Source: a virus. From it: a stretch of 64,000 bases of DNA. The stretch covers positions 1-64,000 of IMG/VR virus record IMGVR_UViG_3300046115_000059; one strand, written 5' to 3'. Under the pieces are notes generated by a model. It saw nothing but the letters and a program-made list of their open reading frames with translations. It had not been told where the DNA came from and did not search any database. The position numbers and the translations under genes were made by a program. Positions 17,799 through 25,387 of the stretch are shown in pieces; positions within the stretch are counted from its first letter, which is position 1; the number at the start of each line of letters is the position of its first letter.

Positions 17799-18444
17799 TC
17801 GCATCGTCAAGCATGCGGACGTGGATCCATTCCAGCTCGAAATGCACGAGCTGAACTGGCGCAGTCATTCCGTGCACCAGCAGGACGCGGTGCTGTCGGC
17901 GCTCGAAGCCATTGGCTGGGTGCAGCGGGTGATTGTCAGCGTCAAGACGAATCGTGTGCTGGATGGGCACCTGCGTGTGCAGCTCGCGCGTGAACGCGGG
18001 GAAACCTCGCTGCCGGTGCGCTACGTGAAAGTCTCAGAAGATGAGGAGCGGTTGATCCTCGCCACGTTCGATCCGATTGCGGCGCTTGCGGGCCGCGATA
18101 AGGCGAAGGTGAAAGACCTGATCGATCGGCTGCCTGAATCCGTGCCAGATGGGTTGCTGCCTTTGATCGAGCATGGCTTGGATCCGCGCGCGGTCGAGCG
18201 GGCACTCGCGCAGAATCAGGACGTGGCACCGGCGACGGATCCGCAGGATGTGGCGGCCGATGAATCGGCGCCGGAATCGGGCAGTTCGCGCGCACCGTCC
18301 GATCAGGATATTCGCACGGTGCAAATGTATTTCAATCCGGCACAGCGCACCGCGTTTGATGCGGCCGTTTCGGTGCTGTCTGTGGCCTACGCGATCGACA
18401 ACGAAAGCGATCTGGTGCTCGAAGCGCTGCGCCGCAGTGTATAG
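17785..18444 (+). CDS. ParB-like nuclease-domain protein, paralogue 2
   Basis: HELNWRSHSVHQQDAVLSALEAIGWVQRVIVSVKTNRVLDGHLRVQLA aligns along its length with 16739..17392. Confidence 0.7.
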   Translation: MSFRNRIVKHADVDPFQLEMHELNWRSHSVHQQDAVLSALEAIGWVQRVIVSVKTNRVLDGHLRVQLARERGETSLPVRYVKVSEDEERLILATFDPIAALAGRDKAKVKDLIDRLPESVPDGLLPLIEHGLDPRAVERALAQNQDVAPATDPQDVAADESAPESGSSRAPSDQDIRTVQMYFNPAQRTAFDAAVSVLSVAYAIDNESDLVLEALRRSV

Positions 18445-18454
18445 TCGATTTCGT

Positions 18455-18483
18455 TTGCAACCATTCCCGTGCTGCAGTAGACT
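18455..18483 (+). promoter_or_regulatory. Candidate promoter TTGCAA-N17-TAGACT (not of the cassette family)
   Basis: TTGCAA 18455-18460, TAGACT 18478-18483. Confidence 0.35.
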
Positions 18484-18599
18484 GTTCACGTTTGCCGCTC
18501 GCGCTACGAAACGGATACGTGCTGCTAAATCATGAATTTGGCGGTTGTTCCGGTGGACGGCGCGGGCGGCAGAAGCATGAAAGGCAGGTGTATGGAGTA

Positions 18600-18848
18600 A
18601 TGGCGAAAGCGAAGGCACGCTCAGCGGCATCGTATCGGCGCGAAAATGCGCTGCTGCGGGCGCAGCTGAAAAAGATCAAAAAGCCGAAGGCCGCCAAGCG
18701 CGCACGCGGCCAGAAACATCAAGGCAAGGCGCGCGAAAAATATACCGCGACCACGCGTGCGAGGTTACTTGGGAAGGTGAGCAAGGAACGGCGCGTGATC
18801 GGTAAAACCGGCACACCGGCGCGCGGGCAATACGACGATTCGATCTAG
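18600..18848 (+). CDS. Small, very basic Lys/Arg-rich protein
   Basis: 82 aa, starting MAKAKARSAASYRRENALLRAQLKKIKKPKAAKRARG. Confidence 0.45.
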   Translation: MAKAKARSAASYRRENALLRAQLKKIKKPKAAKRARGQKHQGKAREKYTATTRARLLGKVSKERRVIGKTGTPARGQYDDSI

Positions 18849-18878
18849 TCAACCTCGAAAGGCACAGGTAACACGCAC

Positions 18879-19073
18879 ATGACCGATCACGTAAACAAAC
18901 CACCGGCCGACGATGGTGCAGGCGCCGAGCACTCGAAGCCGGGCACCACGCAGCCCGCGACCGAACCGAAGTCGGAAACGGAAGCAATAAAGCGCACCGA
19001 TCGCACCGAAACCGAACATACGGAAACGACCGAGAAGCACCGCGACGCCGGTGACGAAGATTCGAAGCGGTAA
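18879..19073 (+). CDS. Small acidic Thr/Glu-rich low-complexity protein
   Basis: 64-aa ORF with composition typical of disorder. Confidence 0.35.
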   Translation: MTDHVNKPPADDGAGAEHSKPGTTQPATEPKSETEAIKRTDRTETEHTETTEKHRDAGDEDSKR

Positions 19074-19179
19074 GGTGTTTCGCGCGCGGGCTCGGCATCT
19101 CTCGCGTGCGGAGAACGGGCGGCTGGCTGCATCTCGTGGGGAGGGGTAGTCAGCCGATTCGTTTCACAGGAGCACAGGA

Positions 19180-19404
19180 ATGGCGACAACCGATCGGCAA
19201 GTCAAAGCGCAGATCGCCGGGCGCATCTACACGCACACGCGCAGCACCGCGCGCGAAGCGGCAAAAACGGCGGATCTGATTTTTCGAGAAGTAATCGCGA
19301 CCGAATTCACGCAGGCTAGTGGTGCACGGGCTCAGGCAGTGACACGCGCGGGCGCCGACCGTAAAAGGTCCGCGGCGGCTCGATCGGCACGTCGGCGCTC
19401 GTAG
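19180..19404 (+). CDS. Hypothetical small basic protein
   Basis: ATG 19180 after CACAGGAGCACAGGA. Confidence 0.5.
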   Translation: MATTDRQVKAQIAGRIYTHTRSTAREAAKTADLIFREVIATEFTQASGARAQAVTRAGADRKRSAAARSARRRS

Positions 19405-19519
19405 CTTCCATCGGTGCGCCGCACTGAGGGCATTCCACGGTGCCATGCAGCTGTAGGAAGCGCAGCGGTGTGATCGCGGTGGCAGACGCGCGGCAGGCGC
19501 GGCAAAAGAATTTCAACAT
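19316..19519 (-). CDS. Possible FmdB-like zinc-ribbon protein (the only minus-strand candidate)
   Basis: MLKFFCRACRAS...TVECPQCGAP has two CxxC pairs at FmdB-like spacing. It fills a + strand gap but has no SD, and its tail overlaps 19180..19404. Confidence 0.3.
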   Translation of the reverse strand: MLKFFCRACRASATAITPLRFLQLHGTVECPQCGAPMEATSADVPIEPPRTFYGRRPRVSLPEPVHH

Positions 19520-19558
19520 GGGACACGAATGCGAAGAGTGTAGCGGAAGGATCTGGAA

Positions 19559-20434
19559 ATGACAACCGGTTTTCCCGAACAAACGTTTACGCACGACGGG
19601 CAGAATTTCGTGCTCGTGAATGGGGATGTGTATGTCGTGGAATCTGACGGCTCGCGCACGTTCGCAGAGCATTTGTTCGATCCGGATTTCTACGCCAAAA
19701 ATTTCGAGATCGCGCAAATCGATCAGGAATCAGGCGAACGGTATCCGGTGACACGTCGGTTCCGAGAAGATTTCGAGCAGGCCTATGGTCTGATGTCGTT
19801 TGAGCGGTGGCACACCGACAACACCGATCCGGCGCGCGCGGGGCAGCCTGCGAACTACTATCATCTGGGCAACCGTGTGACGCGTGTTACCGATCGGCAG
19901 CATCGCGGACAGGCGTCGATGCGGTTTCTGGCGAAGCCTGCGGAGGTTGTCTCGAAAGCCGCACTAGAAAAAAATATTCTGTACTTCGCCAAGGGCGACC
20001 ACCTGTATTTCTCGGCATGGTTCTATCTGGAACCGACGCCGGACATTTACGACGTGGGCGGCTTTACGCTGTGCGATTTTGAATCCACGTTCATGCAGTC
20101 CGTGGGGTTGCGCATTATCGTGCGGCCGGGCGATGCGCTGGCGTTCGAATTAAAGCTACCCAAAACGGAATTCAATCAGGGAGAGGATTCCGTCGCGTTT
20201 CCCGCAGGTCAATGGGTGAACGTCAAGACGCACACGTTCTTGTCTGATAAAGATGGGCGCGTGCAACTCTGGCAGGACGGCCGCAAAGTGCTTGATCAAC
20301 GCGGGCGCACGCTGCCGTTTGCGAACACGATTTACGATCGGCTGGAAATCGGGATCACGGCCATCGGTGCCGGGTCGCATTACGAAAAGATTCTTTACGT
20401 CGACGATCTCGAAATTTCGAATACGTCGTGGTAG
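19559..20434 (+). CDS. Concanavalin-A-like jelly-roll protein (polysaccharide-lyase/LamG-type pattern)
   Basis: YFSAWFYLEP...GQWVNVKTHTFLSDKDGRVQLWQDGRKVLDQRG...ILYVDDLEI. Confidence 0.45.
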   Translation: MTTGFPEQTFTHDGQNFVLVNGDVYVVESDGSRTFAEHLFDPDFYAKNFEIAQIDQESGERYPVTRRFREDFEQAYGLMSFERWHTDNTDPARAGQPANYYHLGNRVTRVTDRQHRGQASMRFLAKPAEVVSKAALEKNILYFAKGDHLYFSAWFYLEPTPDIYDVGGFTLCDFESTFMQSVGLRIIVRPGDALAFELKLPKTEFNQGEDSVAFPAGQWVNVKTHTFLSDKDGRVQLWQDGRKVLDQRGRTLPFANTIYDRLEIGITAIGAGSHYEKILYVDDLEISNTSW

Positions 20435-20440
20435 CTGATC

Positions 20441-21061
20441 ATGCACACTGATATTTGCGGCGCGCGCGGTCCGAATGGGCGGATCTGTCGGCTGTCGCTG
20501 TTTCACGACAGCAGCATGAACGCGACACCGCATATCTACACACAGGAACCGCGCGAGCCGTCGATTGTGATCAGCGTGCTCACGCCAGCGGATCGCGTGC
20601 GCATGCTGGGTGAACGCGCGCGCTGGTATAGCGATGGCTGCGCGGGCATCGTGGTGGATGGGGAACCATTCGAGCCGGGCTCACCGGCCGAACGTGTAGC
20701 GATCGAACATTACGAAGGCACGCGGTTAGCCGACGATGCCGGGCGCGATCTGGCCGAAGCACTGGACCTCGTGCGCATCGAAGCCGAGCGGGCGTTTCGT
20801 GCAGGCTGGCTGGCGCTGGGCAAGGCTACGCATTACGGCTCACAGCTCACACTGGATCAAGCGTGGCAGCAGTATCTGCAGCAACCGGATCCGCTCGCGC
20901 AGCTCGTGGCCGACAAGCGCGCGGAAATTGAAGCGAATCTGCCCGGTGTGGCGCAGTGGGGTTATCAGACGGCGCAGTGCATACCGCACGAAGGCATTCA
21001 CGTGCGGCCGGTGCTCGGCAGCGATCGTGAGCGGCAGCCGTGCCAGTGTGGGCAAACATAA
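20441..21061 (+). CDS. Hypothetical protein
   Basis: 206-aa ORF from the track. Confidence 0.5.
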   Translation: MHTDICGARGPNGRICRLSLFHDSSMNATPHIYTQEPREPSIVISVLTPADRVRMLGERARWYSDGCAGIVVDGEPFEPGSPAERVAIEHYEGTRLADDAGRDLAEALDLVRIEAERAFRAGWLALGKATHYGSQLTLDQAWQQYLQQPDPLAQLVADKRAEIEANLPGVAQWGYQTAQCIPHEGIHVRPVLGSDRERQPCQCGQT

Positions 21062-21330
21062 TGCGCCACAGCTGGTTGAAACTCCGCGCGCATACCTACA
21101 TCTGCCGCAAGTGCGGGATGGGCAAGGTGAATCAGGAACGCGGGCCGAACGATTGGGTGCAGCTGTGGTCGTTCCCGACCGTGCCGAAGCCGGAACAGCA
21201 ACAGCTAGAGAAAACGCCACCGTGCGAACCGGGACCGGATACCGCTCGCAGGCTGCAGGCGGTATCGGAACTCGAAGCGCGGCTGGCCGCGAATTCCCAA
21301 CAGCCGATGCTGCCGGTGCCACATGCCTAA
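21061..21330 (+). CDS. Hypothetical protein with CRKCG motif
   Basis: TAATG overlap at ATG 21061. Confidence 0.5.
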   Translation: MRHSWLKLRAHTYICRKCGMGKVNQERGPNDWVQLWSFPTVPKPEQQQLEKTPPCEPGPDTARRLQAVSELEARLAANSQQPMLPVPHA

Positions 21331-21514
21331 TCAATCGCGCCAACAGCATTACGGTGAATGGATCCGGCAGGTGAACGAAGAGGCTACCAAAGAGCTGACA
21401 CCGTTCGAAGTGCAGTTTATGGAATCGATCACGGAACAGTGGGAAGATCGGCGCTGGTTATCGGATCGGCAGGCCGAAATCCTCGAACGGATTTACGCGC
21501 GCGTGACGGACTAA
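21323..21514 (+). CDS. Hypothetical protein
   Basis: 63-aa ORF from the track. Confidence 0.5.
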   Translation: MPNQSRQQHYGEWIRQVNEEATKELTPFEVQFMESITEQWEDRRWLSDRQAEILERIYARVTD

Positions 21515-21724
21515 ATGCCACGGCGCAAGGGTCCGGATCTGAAACGGCGCGAAGAAACGGCTAAGCGGTATCGTGTTCGGCACAAATGGGAAATGGCGGC
21601 TCGGCAACGTCGCTGGCTCTATGGAATTTCAGATGAAGATTTCAAGCGCTTACTGGTCGAGCAGGCCGATCGGTGTGCAGCATGTTTGAAACCAATGGGC
21701 GACGGCGATCATGGTCGCTATTGA
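21515..21724 (+). CDS. Endonuclease-VII-like N-terminal fragment (basic region, YGISDEDF, CAAC)
   Basis: RRWLYGISDEDFKRLLVEQADRCAAC matches the front half of recombination endonuclease VII proteins. The ORF stops before the His-rich core. Confidence 0.4.
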   Translation: MPRRKGPDLKRREETAKRYRVRHKWEMAARQRRWLYGISDEDFKRLLVEQADRCAACLKPMGDGDHGRY

Positions 21725-21959
21725 TAGTGCCGGGCGGAACGCGGGCACCGCGGCCGCGGTCGTCTATGCCGAAGAGCAGCGGCGCGCGGAACGGGATCCC
21801 GGTGGCGCCTATGCGGTGAAGCTCGCAGAATCACGCGGCGAGCTGGACGTGTGGCGCGTCGGTGGCACCTGCATCGCGGTGATCTGCAAGCAGTGCGATC
21901 AGCTGCGCGGTGTGGCGATCACGTCACAGATCGTCACGTGTCCGGCTCGGTTGAAATAG
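21711..21959 (+). CDS. Hypothetical protein overlapping the previous ORF in another frame (ICKQCDQLRG)
   Basis: 82-aa ORF from the track. Confidence 0.35.
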   Translation: MVAIDSAGRNAGTAAAVVYAEEQRRAERDPGGAYAVKLAESRGELDVWRVGGTCIAVICKQCDQLRGVAITSQIVTCPARLK

Positions 21960-21961
21960 TC

Positions 21962-22138
21962 GTGGAAGGTTTCGATCCATTCGAAGAGGACCATCGTGTT
22001 CACAGGAACATCAAAGCGATCAGCGAAGAGTATCGGTGGCAGCTGGTGAAGGATCTGGAAGCGATCGCCAGTGCCACGCACGACATGCCAGCGAAAACGA
22101 AACTGCTGGCGGTGATCGAGCAGCTGCGCACGGTATGA
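21962..22138 (+). CDS. Hypothetical protein
   Basis: GTG 21962 directly after the upstream TAG. Helical sequence. Confidence 0.4.
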   Translation: MEGFDPFEEDHRVHRNIKAISEEYRWQLVKDLEAIASATHDMPAKTKLLAVIEQLRTV

Positions 22139-22545
22139 CGGTATGGATCACGCGCGACGGTCAACCGTTTCTGACGATGTTCGGCGTGCATGAATTCGTG
22201 GCGCCGAGCTGGAACATGCTGTGCGTGGTAAACGAGCACGAAGCGCATGCGTTCGAACGTGATCAGTTTGTGCCATCCGGACACCGCTACGGATTCACGA
22301 TCGAGCCGGACGCACCGGCGCCTGTGCTCGTGCGATCGGCGCAGGTGTTTATCAGCTCGGCGGTGCGGGTGCAACCGCATGGCTGGCGACTCGATTCGGC
22401 GTTCGACGTTACACTCTGGACGACCGAAGGCTATATGGAAAATACCTATCGCGTGCGCGGCACGGTGGCCGACGCACTCGATTTCGTTGCGCGTCAGCTT
22501 AGCGAACGCACCGCCACGATCAGTATCAACAGGGTGCCGGAATGA
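22135..22545 (+). CDS. Hypothetical protein
   Basis: ATGA overlap, 136 aa. Confidence 0.5.
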   Translation: MTVWITRDGQPFLTMFGVHEFVAPSWNMLCVVNEHEAHAFERDQFVPSGHRYGFTIEPDAPAPVLVRSAQVFISSAVRVQPHGWRLDSAFDVTLWTTEGYMENTYRVRGTVADALDFVARQLSERTATISINRVPE

Positions 22546-22694
22546 GGAAAATCAAACGGCGGCCAGTGCCACATGGTTACTGGTTAGCGGGCAAGGATCG
22601 ACGGTGGCGCGGCGTGCTGTATGCCGAACGTGTGCAGCGCTGGCGCAGTCGACACCGTAATCCAACACACGGCAACATTCGGAAACGACCATGA
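22542..22694 (+). CDS. Small Arg-rich protein (50 aa)
   Basis: ATGA overlap at both ends. Translated by hand. Confidence 0.35.
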   Translation: MRKIKRRPVPHGYWLAGKDRRWRGVLYAERVQRWRSRHRNPTHGNIRKRP

Positions 22695-22789
22695 TGCGCT
22701 GGTGTTACGGCTGTGTGCGCAACACGTGGCACCGGCTGGTGCGGCAATCCAATGGCGTCGACGGCTGGCGCTGCAGCCGGTGCAGCTGA
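22691..22789 (+). CDS. 32-aa zinc-ribbon micro-protein
   Basis: MMRWCYGCVRNTWHRLVRQSNGVDGWRCSRCS. Overlapping start and stop codons with both neighbours. Confidence 0.35.
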   Translation: MMRWCYGCVRNTWHRLVRQSNGVDGWRCSRCS

Positions 22790-23100
22790 TGGGCGCGAAT
22801 AACGGCACCGGTCAACCGAACTGGCTGCGCTGCGCGAAGCTGCGCCGTTCACCGATCGCGCGGTTCTATACGATCTTCGATCTGGAACGGCACGAGCTGA
22901 CCGCCACCGGACGCGTGCGCAAGCTACCGGCACGATCACACGGCTACGGCGGCGCTCGGGTGACGAACCGGCTGATTCAGGTCGCCTGCACCTGCGGGCA
23001 CGTGGGCTGGACGCGGCACAAGGATGCCGAGCGGCTACTGGCGCAGCTCGATCGGCCGCAGCGGCGGGCAGGGAACGACTATGAAATACCTCGCAGCTAA
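22789..23100 (+). CDS. Hypothetical protein
   Basis: TGATG overlap at ATG 22789. Confidence 0.45.
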   Translation: MGANNGTGQPNWLRCAKLRRSPIARFYTIFDLERHELTATGRVRKLPARSHGYGGARVTNRLIQVACTCGHVGWTRHKDAERLLAQLDRPQRRAGNDYEIPRS

Positions 23101-23485
23101 ACGCGCGCGCGTGAAAGCCGCTCGCGCGCGGCGCCGGGCTCGTGTCGACGCGGCACGCGAGCAAGCCTTTCGGGCATGGCTCGATCGCATGGTGCCCGCA
23201 GCACAGGCGGCCGCGGATTCATTTACTGAGCTGGGCAAGGCGGCCGCGAAGCTGGCACCGGCGCTGCTCGGCATGCTGGCGCCGGTCAGCGGTGCGGTGC
23301 AGCAGATGGCGCACACCGCTACGGAACTCGAAGTGCAGCGCGTGCAGGTGCGGCAGCTGCAACGGATGTTTGGCTATACCGCCGATCAGTGTCCGGCCTG
23401 CGGGGAACCGCTCGGCGGCAGCTTTCCGTATTGCAGCCGGTGCCAGCTGATCGCAGCACTGAAAGGCACGGACGCACCGTGGTAG
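23081..23485 (+). CDS. Hypothetical protein with C-terminal CPACG...CSRC zinc ribbon
   Basis: ATG 23081 in the ORF-track frame. Confidence 0.5.
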   Translation: MKYLAAKRARVKAARARRRARVDAAREQAFRAWLDRMVPAAQAAADSFTELGKAAAKLAPALLGMLAPVSGAVQQMAHTATELEVQRVQVRQLQRMFGYTADQCPACGEPLGGSFPYCSRCQLIAALKGTDAPW

Positions 23486-23505
23486 CGACAAAAAACCTCT
23501 ACCGC

Positions 23506-23718
23506 ATGACGAGCGTGTTCGGCATGTGTGAAATGGAACAGGCCGCGATCCTGATCCTCGATACACAGTGGGAGCGGCCGTTCGATCCAATCGATCCGGC
23601 GATTTTCACAGGTAACGATCTGGCGCGTGTGGGCTACTTTGAGTTGCAGGCGCACGGCTGGATCGATAAGTATGGCGTGGCAACGCGGTCATTCTGGGAG
23701 CGGGTGCACGGTCGATAA
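23506..23718 (+). CDS. Hypothetical protein (start uncertain: 23479, 23506, 23524 or 23533)
   Basis: ORF-track frame 23389..23718. Confidence 0.4.
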   Translation: MTSVFGMCEMEQAAILILDTQWERPFDPIDPAIFTGNDLARVGYFELQAHGWIDKYGVATRSFWERVHGR

Positions 23719-23960
23719 TGGGAACCAAAAATCAGCCGGGGCAATTCGATTGCTATCACAAAGCGGAACCGGACGAGCCGCTGTTCGTGCTGCTCGCGCG
23801 CGATCCGCTGGCGCCGATTCTCGTGGAGCTGTGGGCCATGCTGCGCGCGCAGTCCGCAGGCAATCCGTCGAAGGTGCAGGAAGCGCGTCAATGCGCCGTA
23901 GCTATGCGCCAGTGGAAGCTGCGCGAAGACGAGCGGGCACTTGCCAACCGTGAAGGTTAG
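23718..23960 (+). CDS. Conserved-looking phage protein (EPDEPLFVLLARDPLAP motif)
   Basis: 80-aa ORF with TAATG overlap. Confidence 0.55.
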   Translation: MGTKNQPGQFDCYHKAEPDEPLFVLLARDPLAPILVELWAMLRAQSAGNPSKVQEARQCAVAMRQWKLREDERALANREG

Positions 23961-23977
23961 CCGTGGTAGTTTAGGGC

Positions 23978-24754
23978 ATGCCGGAACCGCAGGCGCCGCA
24001 GCCGGGCGCACCTAACGCACCGATACGCAAGGGCCGCGGGCACGTCGAGAAACACCGGGCGGAAGTCGAAGCGCGGCGCGAAAAGGTGCTGCAGCTCCGG
24101 TTGATGAAAAAGACCACGCGCCAGATCGCGGAGATTCTGGGCGTGGAACGCACGACAATCAGTCGGGATCTCACGCACATGCAGGCCGCGTTTCGCGTGC
24201 AGTATGGCGTGGAGAATTTCGATCCGGCTGTTGCGGTGGCCGAAGCGATCGAGACGTTCAATTTTTGCGAAGCGCGGGCGATTACGGAATTTCTCTCGCT
24301 CGATCGCGCGCAGGAATCTGGCGCCGAGCACATTCGCAAAGCGATCGCGGTGGCGATGCCGCAACTGCTGGCTGAGGCTCGTGTCGGCATCGGCAGTGCG
24401 ATTAAGGATCGGTTGGACGCGCTGGCCGAACAGGTGTCGAACATCGCGCGCGCGGACAAGTCGCGCACACGGGCGCTCACGTATGCGAAGCTGCGCTGCC
24501 TGCAGCAGGCGCGCGGGGCAGTGCAGGCGCGGATGGATCTGCTGCAGGATGTGGGGCTGGTGGATCGTCAGGTGGGCAGTGCAGGCGAAGTGCGCGGCGA
24601 TGCGCGGAGGATCAAAGCATGGCTGGACACGGTGCAAGTGATGGACGCGGAACTGGTCAGCAGCGCGGAACAGAAGTATCTGACGGGCGACACGGAAACA
24701 ACGGCAGCGGCGTTGGATTCCGTGGTGAAGGACCGCCCGTTCGAACCATCGTAG
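23978..24754 (+). CDS. HTH-domain protein (transcription regulator or displaced small terminase candidate)
   Basis: KKTTRQIAEILGVERTTISRDL is a sigma region-4/LuxR-like HTH, followed by a long helical region. Confidence 0.5.
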   Translation: MPEPQAPQPGAPNAPIRKGRGHVEKHRAEVEARREKVLQLRLMKKTTRQIAEILGVERTTISRDLTHMQAAFRVQYGVENFDPAVAVAEAIETFNFCEARAITEFLSLDRAQESGAEHIRKAIAVAMPQLLAEARVGIGSAIKDRLDALAEQVSNIARADKSRTRALTYAKLRCLQQARGAVQARMDLLQDVGLVDRQVGSAGEVRGDARRIKAWLDTVQVMDAELVSSAEQKYLTGDTETTAAALDSVVKDRPFEPS

Positions 24755-24846
24755 ACAACGAAGGCGAAGCACGCACGATCTGGGAAGGTGGGCACGTTCC
24801 GTCGACGGAAGATACCACCGACGATCTGCAGGTACAGCGCGCCAAG

Positions 24847-25077
24847 TTGCGCCAGTCGTTCAACCGTGCGGCCGATGCGCATCGGAATATTGCCAATCAG
24901 CTACGCAGCGAACCACCGCACGAGTCGGCGCTCGGTCCGGATACCGATGACACGCTGGACGCGGTGCGCAGGGCTGGCTATGTGCTGCTCGGTGCGTTTC
25001 TAATCATCGTCGGGAGTGCGATGGTGATCGCGCTCGCGTTCGCGTGGAAGGCGCTGCAGTGGGCGATCGGCTGGTAG
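24847..25077 (+). CDS. Small protein with C-terminal transmembrane helix (start uncertain; ATG 24619 would overlap upstream by 136 nt)
   Basis: YVLLGAFLIIVGSAMVIALAFAW. Confidence 0.35.
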   Translation: MRQSFNRAADAHRNIANQLRSEPPHESALGPDTDDTLDAVRRAGYVLLGAFLIIVGSAMVIALAFAWKALQWAIGW

Positions 25078-25085
25078 ATGTATTC

Positions 25086-25187
25086 ATGCGCACGGCGCAA
25101 GCGCTGGCCGCGGCCGCGGTGCTGGGTGCGCTGGCGTTTGGGGCAGTTGGGATCTGGAGGCTTATGTGGTGGCTGATCCACTGGTAA
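25086..25187 (+). CDS. 33-aa single-pass membrane peptide
   Basis: MRTAQALAAAAVLGALAFGAVGIWRLMWWLIHW, translated by hand. Confidence 0.35.
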   Translation: MRTAQALAAAAVLGALAFGAVGIWRLMWWLIHW

Positions 25188-25387
25188 CGGTGATCATCTA
25201 TTTCAAGCAGGCGATCGATCGGAAGACCGGTAGCAATGTGCGTCGTTACGATCGCGTGCGCAGCTGCACCACGACCGCAGATGGGATCGTGCTGCAGATC
25301 CTCACGGCGGCCGGTCAGTCGTATCCGGTCAATCATCCGTCCGAACTCATCGATCACGTGCAGCAGCGCTGGGGCTCGGTGGAATAA
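25166..25387 (+). CDS. Hypothetical protein
   Basis: GTG start from the ORF track. Confidence 0.4.
   Translation: MVADPLVTVIIYFKQAIDRKTGSNVRRYDRVRSCTTTADGIVLQILTAAGQSYPVNHPSELIDHVQQRWGSVE

Noticed and set aside
18960-19035. GAAAC(C)GA repeats resembling the promoter spacer block (GAAACCGAAC at 19008-19017).
   Set aside because: No TATACT or -35 accompanies them. They are explained by repeated Thr-Glu and Pro-Lys codons of the low-complexity ORF 18879..19073.
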